NCBI RefSeq assembly: GCF_004010195.1
Contig: NC_057719.1
Location: 3,429,740-3,475,947 of the forward strand
Source: Chiloscyllium plagiosum
Lineage: Eukaryota
Direction: 5' to 3'
DNA: 46,208 nucleotides
Under the pieces are notes generated by a model. The model did not search any database. It was not told the origin of the DNA and was given only the letters and a program-made list of their open reading frames with translations. This document shows positions 12,075-22,654 of the stretch, one piece after another. Numbering within the stretch: the first letter of the stretch is position 1; every line of letters begins with the position of its first letter. The position numbers and the translations under genes are program-made.

Positions 12075-12303
12075 ATGATTTGGAGGTGCCAGTATTGGAC
12101 TGGGGTCTACAAAGATAAAAGTCACACAAAACCAGGTTATAGTCCAACAGGTTTATTTGGAAGCACTAGCTTTCGGAGCGCTGCTTTTTTATCTGGTGGT
12201 TTCACCTTCATCAACCACCTGATGAAGGAGCAGTGCTCTGAAAGCTATTGTTTCCAATTATACCTGTTGGACTATAAACTGGTGTTGTGTGATTTTTAAC
12301 TTT
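12075..12303. mobile_element. Penelope-like family B fold-back insertion with hammerhead
   Basis: Long inverted arms. Core CTGATGA-aggagcagtgctct-GAAAGCTA at 12219-12247. Confidence 0.8.
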
Positions 12304-12465
12304 AATGATATCCTTGCTATGGCAGGGTGACCAGAACTATACACAGTACTGGAACTGTGACCAGAACTATACACAGTTTTACAGGACATTGGTGGCCTCA
12401 CCAATGTCCTGTAAAACCTTAACATGATATTTCAACTCCTATACTCAATGCTCTGACCAAAGAAA

Positions 12466-13240
12466 GCAGAGGGATTGAATTCAAGAGTCGTGAAGTGATG
12501 TTGCAACTGTACAGGACTTTGGTTAGGCCACATTTGGAGTACTGTGTGCAGTTCTGGTCGCCTCACTTTAGGAAAGACGTGGAAGCTTTGGAGAGGGTGC
12601 AGAGAAATTTTACCAGGATGTTGCCTGGAATGGAGAACAGGTCGTACGAGGATAGGTTGAGAGTGCTAGGCCTTTTCACGTTGGAACGGCGAAGGATGAG
12701 GGGTGACTTGATAGAGGATTATAAGATGAGCAGAGGAATAGATAGAGTAGACAGTCAGAAACGTTTTTCCCCGGGTACAACAGAGTGTTACAAGGGGACA
12801 GAAATTTAAGGTGAANNNNNNNNNNNNNNNNNNNNNNNNNNNNNNNNNNNNNNNNNNNNNNNNNNNNNNNNNNNNNNNNNNNNNNNNNNNNNNNNNNNNN
12901 NNNNNNNNNNNNNNNNNNNNNNNNNNNNNNNNNNNNNNNNNNNNNNNNNNNNNNNNNNNNNNNNNNNNNNNNNNNNNNNNNNNNNNNNNNNNNNNNNNNN
13001 NNNNNNNNNNNNNNNNNNNNNNNNNNNNNNNNNNNNNNNNNNNNNNNNNNNNNNNNNNNNNNNNNNNNNNNNNNNNNNNCACTGCCTGTGGGAGTGGTAG
13101 AGTCAGAATCTTTGGTGACCTTTAAGCGGCAATTGGATAGGTACATGGATGGGTGCTTAAGCTAGGACAAATGTTCGGCACAACATCGTGGGCCGAAGGG
13201 CCTGTTCTGTGCTGTATTGTTCTATGTTCTATGTTCTATG
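12466..13240 (+). mobile_element. Younger CR1 LINE 3' part
   Basis: LQLYRTLVRPHLEYCVQFWSPHFRKDVEALERVQR, with a (TTCTATG)n tail. Spans an assembly gap. Confidence 0.92.
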
Positions 13241-14249
13241 TGTGCTAAATGACTTTTTAACCATCCTGTGTCCTTATGATGCAACTTTCAAAGAACTATG
13301 TGCCTGCACTCCTAGGTCTCGCTGTTTGAGAACACTACCCAGGGCCCTATCATTAATTGTACAAGTTCTGCCCTTGTTCATCTTACCAAAATGTAACACC
13401 TCACATTTTATCCAAATTAAATTCTACCAGCCACTCCTTAGCCCATTGGTCCAATTGATCAAAATCCCTTTGTAATCTTAGATAGCCTTCTTCACAATCG
13501 ACTACATCACTAATTTTGGTGTCGTCCACAAAATTATTAACCATGGTTCCTATATTGTCATCCAGATTGTTTATATAAATGACAAATAAAAGTGGACCCT
13601 GTACCGATTCCTGCGAAATATCACTGGTCGGAGGCTGAAAAACAGCCCTCCACCACCACCCTCTGCCTCCTGCCATGAAGCCAACGTTTTATCCTCACCC
13701 TGAATCCCACGTGATCTAACTTTACAGAAGCATTGCTCAGTATGATTTATGGAAATGACAGGGATCAAATGAACTATTTAAATATGGGGGGGGGGAGGTG
13801 TTGAGTACTTTGGTAAGGGTGGTCATCATAAGGTTTACATTATTTAATGGAGGAAAGGAAAGAATAAGCTGAAGTAGAATTTCTAAATTGGAATGTGGGT
13901 TAAAACAAGAGGGAGGAGAGCTAACTGAAGGGATTCCCTCCTCCAATCAGCTTTACACATGGGAACAAACCACTGGATTGTAGAATAATGACTGTGACAG
14001 TCGCCTTCAGGAAAATATCAAGTTATGTTCTCATCAGCCTGGTCAGAGGTTTAATTACACATTACTGCAACGGGTGGGGCATAAACCTGGCTCTCCTAGC
14101 CCACAGGGACATTACCACTACACCACAAGCAATCCTTGAGGTACTGTATAAGGACATGGTTCATGACATTTGTGGTAGGTGTGGTTTTAGAAGTAATAAC
14201 CAGGCAAATAGACATGAGCAAGGTCTTGGGGAGGTTTGAGCCAGGAAGG

Positions 14250-14800
14250 ATATGGTAAAAGCTGATCCTGCTTAATTCATTTAATTGATGTTTCTAGTGA
14301 AGCAGCAGATAAGATTCCTGAAACAGAATTATCGGTTGTTGTCCAAATAGGTTTTTGGAAAACATTTAACAAAGTATCATAGAATTCCAACAGTGTAGAA
14401 AGAGGCCATTTGGCCCATTGACTCCACACCGACCGTCCAAAGAACATCCCACTCAGACTGGCCCCTCTACCGTATCCTTATAACCCTGCATTTCCCACGG
14501 CTAACCCACCTAACCTGCGCATCTCTGGACACCATGGGGCAATTTAGCATGATCAATTCACCTGACCTGCACATCTTTGGACTGTGGGAGGAAACCGGAG
14601 CACCCGGAGGAAACCCATGCAGACACAGGGAGAATGTGCAAACTCACACAGACAGTCGCCCGTGGCTGGAATCGAAACCGGGTCCCTGGTGCTGTGAGGC
14701 AGCAGCACTAACCACGTAAAAGGCTGTTTAACAAAATTGAATTTCATGAAACAGGAGCATCAGTGTCAGCTCTGATTAAAAACCGGTTTAAGGAAAGAAG
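14250..14800 (+). mobile_element. Old CR1 RT fragment split by an HE1 SINE
   Basis: SCL..LI / GFWKTFNKVS | RLFNKIEFH..IKNRFKER matches the CR1 pattern SCLTNL..DFxKAFDKVxH.RLLxKL..WIxNWLxxR. Confidence 0.6.
14378..14715 (-). mobile_element. HE1-type SINE
   Basis: Core and tail present; head slightly truncated. Confidence 0.9.
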
Positions 14801-15346
14801 ATGGTGATATATAGTGGTTAAGGATAGAGGATGGTGATATATAGTGGTTAAGGGTAGTAGATGGTGATATATAGTGGTTAAGGAAAGAAGATGGTGATAT
14901 GTAGTGGTTTAAGGATAGAAGATGGTGATATATAGTGGTTAAGGATAGAAGATGGTGATATATAGTGGTTAAGGAAAGGGGTTACGCTTCGGCGGGTCGG
15001 TGTGGACTTGTTGGGCCGAAGGGCCTGTTTCCACACTGTAAGTAATCTAATCTAAAAGAAGGTGATATATAGTGGTTAAGGATAGAAGATAGTGATATAT
15101 AGTGGTTTAAGGCAAGAAGATGGTGATATATAGTGGTTAAGGAAAGAAGATGGTGATATATAGTGGTTAAGGATAGAAGATGGTGATATATAGTGGTTTA
15201 AGGGAAGAAGATGGTGATATATAGTGGTTAAGGATAGAAGATGGTGATATATAGTGGTTAAGGATAGAAGATGGTGATATATAGTGGTTAAGGAAAGAAG
15301 ATGGTGATATATAGTGGTTAAGGATAGAAGAAGGTGATATATAGTG
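14787..15346. repeat. 30-bp minisatellite (aaggatagaagatggtgatatatagtggtt), about 16 copies, with an HE1 3' fragment inserted at about 14978-15055
   Basis: Seen directly in the sequence. Confidence 0.95.
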
Positions 15347-15599
15347 GACGATAAATGGAGGATGAGGCTCAGCGCACTGGATTACAGCTGTCCTATTACA
15401 TCACAGAATTGTTACAGTGCACAAGGCAGCTAGGAGGCTCATTGGTTCTGCAGTGGTCCTCTGTGGGAGCGCTCACCCTTTACACTATCATTGTCCCAGC
15501 CTATATTCTTGTGAAATCCCTCATTAGAACTATTCTGTAATGATCTCTCTCTCTGATTTTCTTGCAGATTTGTTCATTTACATCTTTCCCACTCCTAAC

Positions 15600-16660
15600 T
15601 GATCTTTAGACTGCACTGAGCAATGTAAATGTACCTGTCTAGTTCCTTCATTCTAGTCAAATGTATTTTGTGCTTGAATGCTCCGAGACATCCTCATTCT
15701 CTGGCACTGTAATCCTCGCGTTAACCAGCTGCCACAGCTTCTTTCCTTCCATTTCTATTTTACTGAGTACCCAGTAACCAGGATGAGCTACCTTTCCATC
15801 TGATACCACGACAGCATCATAGTTCCACAAGCTAATCTCTGCCCTGACTCACTTGTCTTATTTGCTACTCTCCAAGCATTCACACACATGCACATAACCC
15901 TGATGTTACTGACTCCTGGTATTTCCTTATTATTGTCTATGCTGGTGCTATCTGACTCTCCAAGTATTTGTGCACCCTGGTCCTACCCTGGAATATTCTC
16001 TCTCAGTTCGCAAATCCCTGCAGAGATGGATTAAATCCTTCCCAACAAAACACCAGATGGAATCTGAAGCCCATCTCTCTGTTCAGCTGAAACCCAACTG
16101 ATCTTTTCCCAGCTGCCTTTTCGCCAGAGCCAGTCCCAGGAATTTGATGTATTCCTTCCTGCAACTTCTCCGGCCGCACATTCATCCTCCTCTTTCTGTA
16201 CTCACTAATGCACGGTACTTGAACTAATCTGGAGTTTACTCCATTTTTGAGGTTCTGCCTGCTGATTTTCTGCCCAGCTCCCTTACCTCTGACTGTGAGA
16301 TCATACCCTCCTTCCTAACCTTATCACGGGCATCAACCTCTGGCTGATTACCCTCCTGCAGGAGAATGCTCTGTGCCACCCTTGACACTAACAACGCACA
16401 CCATGCTGGAGTCACGTCTACGGTCACAGAGATGGCTGTCTGTACCCCAAACCCATGAATTCCCCTAACGCTGTGACTCTCCTTCCCTCCCTCCTGCACT
16501 GCTGGCCCCACCAGTGGTGCCACCTGCCTAGCACTTGCTGCACCCTTCTGAGAAACTCTCACCAGCATCGTGGCACTGTACCAGCCCGTTTCTCTTCCAC
16601 TGCCTGGCCTCTCCCCCATTGCCCAGCTGCCTGCACACCCCTAACCCGTGGGACCCACCT
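15600..16660 (-). mobile_element. Degenerate CR1 5' region (ORF1 SGNH/esterase-like segment and start of endonuclease)
   Basis: The minus strand gives GTDSHLCDRRRDSSMVC and EMGFRF, resembling CR1 ORF1 (GTDRxFCGxxRDSRMVCC; EGFRF). Confidence 0.55.
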
Positions 16661-16689
16661 CGCGGAATGTGACATCACAGAATTCTCAG

Positions 16690-17293
16690 GGGCATGGTGT
16701 TTGCCTTTATTGGTCAGAGTATTGAGTACAGGTGTTGGGAGGTCATGTCATGATTGTACAGGACATTGGTGAGGCCACGTTTGGAATACTGGATTCAATT
16801 CCAGTCTCCATTCTATAGGAAGGATGTTGCGAAATGTTAAAGGCTTCAGAAAAGATTTACAAAGATGTTGCCCGGGTTGGAGGATTTGAGTTATAGGGGC
16901 TGTTTTCCCTGAAGCGTCTAAGGCTTTGGGGTGACCTTATAGAGGTTTATAAAATCATGAGGGGTATGGATAGAGTAAATAGACAAGGTCTTTTCCCCAG
17001 GGTGGAGTAGTCCAGAACTAGAAGGCATAGGTTTAGGATGAGAGGGGAAAGTTTTAAAAAGGACCTAAGGGGCAACTTTTTCACGCGGAAGGTGGTGTGT
17101 GTATGGAATGAGCTGCCAGAGAAAGTGGTGGAGGCTGGTATAATTGCAACATTTAAAAGGCCTCTGGATGGGTATATGAATAGGAAGGGTTTGGAAGGAT
17201 ATGGGCCAAATGCTAGGTTAGGATATGTGGTTGGCATGGATGAGTTGGACTGAAGGGGCTGTTTCCATGCCGTACATCGCTATGACTCTATGA
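16690..17293 (+). mobile_element. CR1 LINE 3' part
   Basis: LYRTLVRP.LEY..QF, GDLIEVYKIM and FFTRKVVCVWNELP, with a (ctatgact) tail. Confidence 0.9.
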
Positions 17294-17991
17294 CGCACCA
17301 GAGACTCCAGGCGCCCCTTGAGTTCATGTTTCTGCAGCTTGTTCATTCAGATCATATATAATGTCCACATTTCCCCACATATCACAAGGTAGATATTCTG
17401 TTTGGCTGTGCTGCCCTACCATAGCTTAGTTTTCTTTCGTACTGTTTGCTACTAATTGAAGATTAGGGAATAATTAGTTTACACCACTCCTGAGATATCG
17501 GTTTGATTATTTTTCCAACTCGGACATTGGAATACATGGTATGCTATCAAGGTTTGCTGATGATACCAGTTATCAGTCAGGTCACAACTGCAACATTACA
17601 TCCAGTCTGATTGCAAGGGTGAGGATGCAGAAGAGGTTTACCCGAATTGTTCCAGTAATGAGGGATTTTAGCGAGAAGATGGGAAAGGGGGATTCGACTG
17701 AAGTGCACAAGATGGTGAGAATTCAAACTCAGTTTTAGAAAGTCTCAATGGAAAAACCTGGCATCGGTAAAATTGACCATCATCTGTCGGACGATCAGAA
17801 AAACAAAAGGATCCACTGATACTCCCTACGGTGGGAGAGATGTTAAACATAGCTGGTCTGCCTCTGTGTGCAGTTCCATGGGGTTGGTAGTGATGTGCCT
17901 TTGAAGGAAGTCATTTCAATTCACTGAGAAAAGAGCAAGGGGTGACAAATAGAGAAGGAAGATCTATCAAGATGTTCTCGGGATAGGAGTA

Positions 17992-18185
17992 CAGTTGGTT
18001 CTGCTATAACCCGTGTTTCTTTAACACAAATTGGCTTTAACGCGATTGATGAATTTAGAGAATTTATTTGTAGAGTGCCAACTTTCCTTACCCATATTAG
18101 TTTAAATGGTGTAGCTATTGCGTGACTTTCTGATAATGCGAGATCACACGAGAATGGATCTATCACGTTATATCAGAGCCGACTG
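17992..18185. mobile_element. Non-autonomous Tc1/mariner-type (Tigger-like) MITE
   Basis: TA-cagttggttctgctataac ... gttatatcagagccgactg: 19-bp imperfect TIRs with 3 mismatches. Confidence 0.7.
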
Positions 18186-18194
18186 CTGTCCCAA

Positions 18195-18620
18195 GGGGAG
18201 GCTGTGGTGTGGCAGTAATGTCACTAGGCTAGTAATCCACAACTCTGCATTAATGTTCTGGAGACATGTGTTCAAATACTACAGTGAAGTGCTTGCTTTT
18301 GACTGGCACAGACTTGATAGGCCGAAGGGAAATATCTGTATTATAGATCTTTGTGACATTATAAGTCCTGCCATGGCAGATGGTGAAGTTTGATTTGGAT
18401 TAGAAAGTTAGTCTAATGGCAATTTATATAGCCGATAGTCAAATGTCTTAAAATCCCATATCATTCACTTATGTCCTTCAGGGAAGCAAATCTGCGTTCC
18501 TTATCAAGTCTGGCCTCTGTGTGACTCCAGACCCACAGCAGCTAGGTTGGTTTGTAACTGCCCCCTGGGGAATAAGGGACGGGCAATAAATAATGGCATT
18601 CCACGAATGAATTAAAAACA
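18195..18620 (+). mobile_element. Second tRNA-derived SINE family sharing the family-B LINE tail
   Basis: tRNA-like head, ccttcagggaag..tctggcct..gtgactccagaccc body and gggcaataaat..gaatgaat tail. A minus-strand copy lies at about 41380-41720. Confidence 0.65.
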
Positions 18621-19206
18621 AGCCCACGCATTTCCCTGTGAACTGGTCATACTGTGGGGTTTGGGGTTCGGCCTGGTTGCCCATTTGCCCTGCAAGTTGC
18701 TGATTCTTGTAAACTGTTGTTTACTGTTCACTGTTTGTTTGTATTTTTTACAGTTTGATAAAATTAAACAAAATTAAAAGCAAGTCCATTCAACCTTTCG
18801 AACCCGATTGGCTAATCATTGACACCAAATCTGAGTGTGCTGCACAGGGAAGCGGTGGAGACCAGAAATCTTACAACCTTTAAGAAATATTTGGATGAGC
18901 ACTTGAAATATCATAACATTGACGGATGTGGGACAAGTGCATGAAACTGGGATTAGTGCACTTGTAGTGGTAGTTATTGTCAGTGCACACTCAATGGGCC
19001 AAAGGGTCTTTGTTACGATCTATGACGCTATGAGTCTAATGGATATCTCAACTCCATTGATAAGTTTTGATCTAGATCTTTTAATACCTGTCCCCAGCAA
19101 AACACCATCGCACTCAACCGTGAAACTCTCAAGGGCTAAGAACGGGCAATAAATACCTACCTTGCCAGTGGTGGCAGAATGAACAATCTACAGTAAATAG
19201 TCTCAC

Positions 19207-19375
19207 CAGGTTTCACTGAATGAAGTACAAAGAGCTTGGATGTACCTGGAGGTTGTTCACCAGCAGGAGGGTTTTCACCCGAGAATACTGTTCCTTCAAC
19301 TGAATTAAAACCAGCTTCTGTTGAACAAAGTGCAGCTCCAGAATGGCTCCTTCGACAGATGCTCTGGTTGAGCTC
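19207..19375 (-). CDS. Probable internal exon; frame and donor ambiguous
   Basis: Acceptor ctctctatgtgtttag|G. One reading is phase 0 ELNQSICRRSHS...VKP to the donor G|gtgaga (19207). The other is phase 2 RSSTRASVEGAILELHFVQQKL...NLQ to the donor |gtacat (19246). Confidence 0.6.
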
Positions 19376-19677
19376 CTAAACACATAGAGAGTTGACATAT
19401 GCATCATGGCCTTTGCAAACCCGGTTAGTGCTCTATCTGCCTTCCCCCACCCCAACCCTCACACCGTGCCAGGAGCTGATCGACACACAAAGCAATAATC
19501 TCAATTTGTTAACTTACACTCACATTTATATAGTGCCTGACATGGCTCCCGCACTCTGTAAAGTGCTATTCGAGTACATTTTTTTTTAATGAGTCACCTT
19601 GTAATTTAACAAACAGAACAACCAATCAGAGTGCAGTGAAATCCCATCATGTGATAATGACCAGATGGCCTGCTTAT

Positions 19678-19985
19678 ATTATATTCTCTACAGCGTGGAA
19701 ACAGGCCCTTTCGCCCAACAAGTCCACACCAACCCTCCGAAGGATAACCCACCCAGACCCATTTCCCTCTGACTAATTTTCCGGACACTACGGGCAATTT
19801 CCCACAGCCACTCCAGCTAACTTGCACATGTTTAGAGTGTGGGAGGAAACCGGAGCACCCGGAGGAAACCCACACAGATACGGGGAGAATGTGCAAACTC
19901 CACACAGACAGTCACCCGAAACTGAAATCGAACCCGGGTCCCTAGCACTGTGAGGCAGCAGTGCTAACCACTGAGCCACTGTGCT
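19678..19985 (-). mobile_element. HE1-type SINE
   Basis: Full head, core and tail. Confidence 0.9.
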
Positions 19986-20663
19986 GTACTCGTTGTGTCA
20001 ACCTCCTGATGGGGGTGTCTCTGCCTGACCCACCCTGCAGCTAGGAATGCCAATGTGCCATCTCATGTGAAGAAAGGCGTTATTTCAAGTGGAGCCGAGC
20101 CTGTGACATTAGAGAACAAATCAGTGGATCAGAACAAAACCTATCCAGATCAATGATTCCGGATGGTGGGGGGTGTTTGGAGAAACTTGAGAAAGTCATG
20201 ACAGAAGGAGAAAGTAAGGACTACAGATACTGGATAGGNNNNNNNNNNNNNNNNNNNNNNNNNNNNNNNNNNNNNNNNNNNNNNNNNNNNNNNNNNNNNN
20301 NNNNNNNNNNNNNNNNNNNNNNNNNNNNNNTGGTGGTGGTGGGGGGGCTGCTGCCAATGAGATTGGGTGTCGGGGTTGGGGGTTCTGGGGTTTGTGCAGT
20401 CAGTCAATAGCAATGTCTATGATCAGCCAAAGATGTGGACGGGGTTAACTGTCTGATTGGGAAGGTCAAGGTCAGGGGATCCTTCTCACGTCACTCCAGG
20501 AATATGGCCCATGGTCAGCCCTGCACCTAGAGGATTGTGGGACTGTCAGTCAGGGCAATGTTGAGAGGTCTGGTCAGGCAGCAGGTATGGCTCATCTATC
20601 CAGGTCAGTCGGAGGTGGGGGGGGCGGGGGGGGTGGGTGCAGCAGAATGAGGCTCATTGCTGG

Positions 20664-21436
20664 TGAAGATCTAGACGCAGATTTGTCCAGCAACATGGAG
20701 GTTCAAAGCTTCTGTGTTGTTTCAATCTTTGCTGACTGGCAACAGGGTCAGTGGACTGGGGAGGGGGTGGGGGAACAGGAGTTGGCTTACCAGCCACTAG
20801 TGACTGCTCCTTTTGTTTCTGTTGGCGTTTTGCTCTAGCACATTCACGTTTGAGGACTTCAATAGATTTCATGACACCATCAGCTGTTAGTTCAATTCCC
20901 AATTTAGTGGCAATATGCTGCCATGAACATGAAACTGATTCTTTATGAGTTTCATCACAATATTGTCTCCACAGTCTAATTAGTTCCTTTGTCTTGGGAT
21001 ACCTGTTCCTTTGCCAAATCATTCGCTGCACTGATTTGATCAATTGAATACTCTTAAGGGTCACTGAGTGGCCACTGGTCATCACCCAATGCTTTATTTC
21101 GGGTGGCAGAAAGTTTTCGAAAGTCTTTGGATTTTTCCGGAAACTTCTCACATATTTTTACTAATGGTGAAGACGGACCTTCCGTCTTATCTATGTGATT
21201 ACCCATCTTAAAACAAACTTCTGTATCTCACAGAACAATTTAAGTGCCAATTTAAATAACGCCAATCCAACTGAATCGGAATTTCTCAGCTCTGAGAGGT
21301 TCACGACTCTCTCTCTCTTTCTCATTCTGCCTTATGTTATTAAACTGGTAACCTTGCTTTAAACAGACCGTACTCCGAGTGATTCTTTTGACCGATCTCG
21401 AGCCAAGAGGCCCCTTTGGAGGGGTCTAGATCTTCA
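20664..21436 (-). mobile_element. Collapsed endogenous retrovirus-like element with integrase-type ends and a gag 5' fragment
   Basis: TGAAGATCTAGAC ... GTCTAGATCTTCA forms a 13-bp perfect inverted repeat with TG..CA ends. It is flanked by CTGG at 20660-20663 and 21437-21440. Confidence 0.75.
20730..21206 (-). pseudogene. gag: Frameshifted retroviral Gag matrix plus Pro-rich region
   Basis: ATG at 21206: MGNHIDKTEGPSSPLVKICEKF...DQWPLS, then a frameshift to TLKSIQLIKSVQRMIWQR..LIRLWRQYC...KPTPVPPPPP. The MG start, SPL, WPxxGT-like motif and later W resemble gamma/epsilon-retroviral matrix. Confidence 0.65.
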
Positions 21437-22164
21437 CTGGGACTTTGGAGCCACTATTGCAGGACCAGGGAAGCGTAGGGAGTGAAGGCAGGAGTCTGTG
21501 ATGCAGAGGCATGGCAGAGGGGGAGATATTTGATGATGTGGTGGTGGGGGGGTGGGTGGTGGAAGTTGTCATGCACAGGAGGACATAGGAGGACGTAGGT
21601 GATAGGCCGTCACTGCCACTGGGATCTTGATGGGTTGGCATTGTGCACCATGACTGTCCAAACTATAGTGACAGGGCTCAGGTTGTGGGAATTCAGTCAG
21701 GATAGAGTGCCCAGGGAGTACTGGATAGAAGGGGACATGAAGGTTTGGTTGAGGCCTGATGATTAAGGCAAGGCTGGTATTTATAGAGTTGAATATAACC
21801 TGTTCTGAGTTCCATGATATGTTGAGTGCCAAGTGCAACCTGTGATTGGAAAATGGCTGTGACTATGCGTGGAGTCAGTGTTAATTTGCTGACCAAAAAC
21901 CTGGGCTCCACTTATGAGCGATAGAAGGCCCTTCAGGGGCTGTACCAATACAGTACTTGAAAAGTAAAGTTTAGAATCATTTGCAATTATATTATTGTAC
22001 ATTGCATGATGATACAATTGCAAAAGTGTGTTGGTTACCAATGCTGTTCACCACATCATTGATCTTTACAAATTGAAGACAGCCATTTCTGTGAAATAGA
22101 AGTCAAAAAACGAGTGAGCTTAAAAGAGGCACTGCACCCTACAAAGCTCACATCCTTCTCGGTT

Positions 22165-22651
22165 CCTTTGCAAATAAAATCAGTCTGACTCCAAGCTGAG
22201 ACACAAGCAGCCTCAAAATGAGGCCTCACTCCTACAATGGGGAGAAAGTGATCAGTCTGATTCCAAGTTGAGACACAAGCAGCCTCAAAATGAGGCCTCA
22301 CTCCTACAATACATTGGCTGACCTGAGATGTCACCTTTATACTGATAAAAGCTTAAGTTATCTCAGGACAGTGACTTGAAAGAAATTCTGGGATTTGCAC
22401 ATTAATCAATCGAAATCTGCATCCCCATTCTAACTGATTAAAGACTGAATAGCTGTCCAGGTTTGTTCAAGACATGAGCCTTTGATCTTTCACTACAAAT
22501 TCGGTGTCTGATGTATCCTCTCTCACTAGCTGGCTGAGGAAGGAGCAGCGCTCTGAAAGCGCGCAGTTTCAAATAAACGTGTTGGACTATAACCCGGATC
22601 GTGTGAGTTTTGACCTTGTCCACCCCAGTCCAACACTGGCACCTCCACATC
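22165..22651 (+). mobile_element. Penelope-like family B 3' region with decayed hammerhead
   Basis: ctgaggaaggagcagcgctctgaaagc...aaataaacgtgttggactataac...caccccagtccaacactggcacctccacatc, the same tail as 10930-11052. Confidence 0.7.
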
Positions 22652-22654
22652 TAG

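Larger units (their letters stand above)
11377..13720 (-). mobile_element. CR1 LINE (RT plus 3' end) interrupted by later insertions
   Basis: 3' end at about 11377, with QESVQGPLLFVIYINNLD..FVDDTK at 13401-13676. Inserts at 12075-12303 and 12466-13240. Confidence 0.85.

Noticed and set aside
14787..15346. CRISPR-like appearance of a 30-bp repeat with an intervening unique piece
   Set aside because: Units are directly tandem with no spacers, the single interruption is a SINE tail, and the DNA is eukaryotic.
21390..21415. Possible primer-binding site (ggggcctcttggctcgagatc on the minus strand)
   Set aside because: Only a loose, gapped resemblance to the tRNA-Pro PBS.
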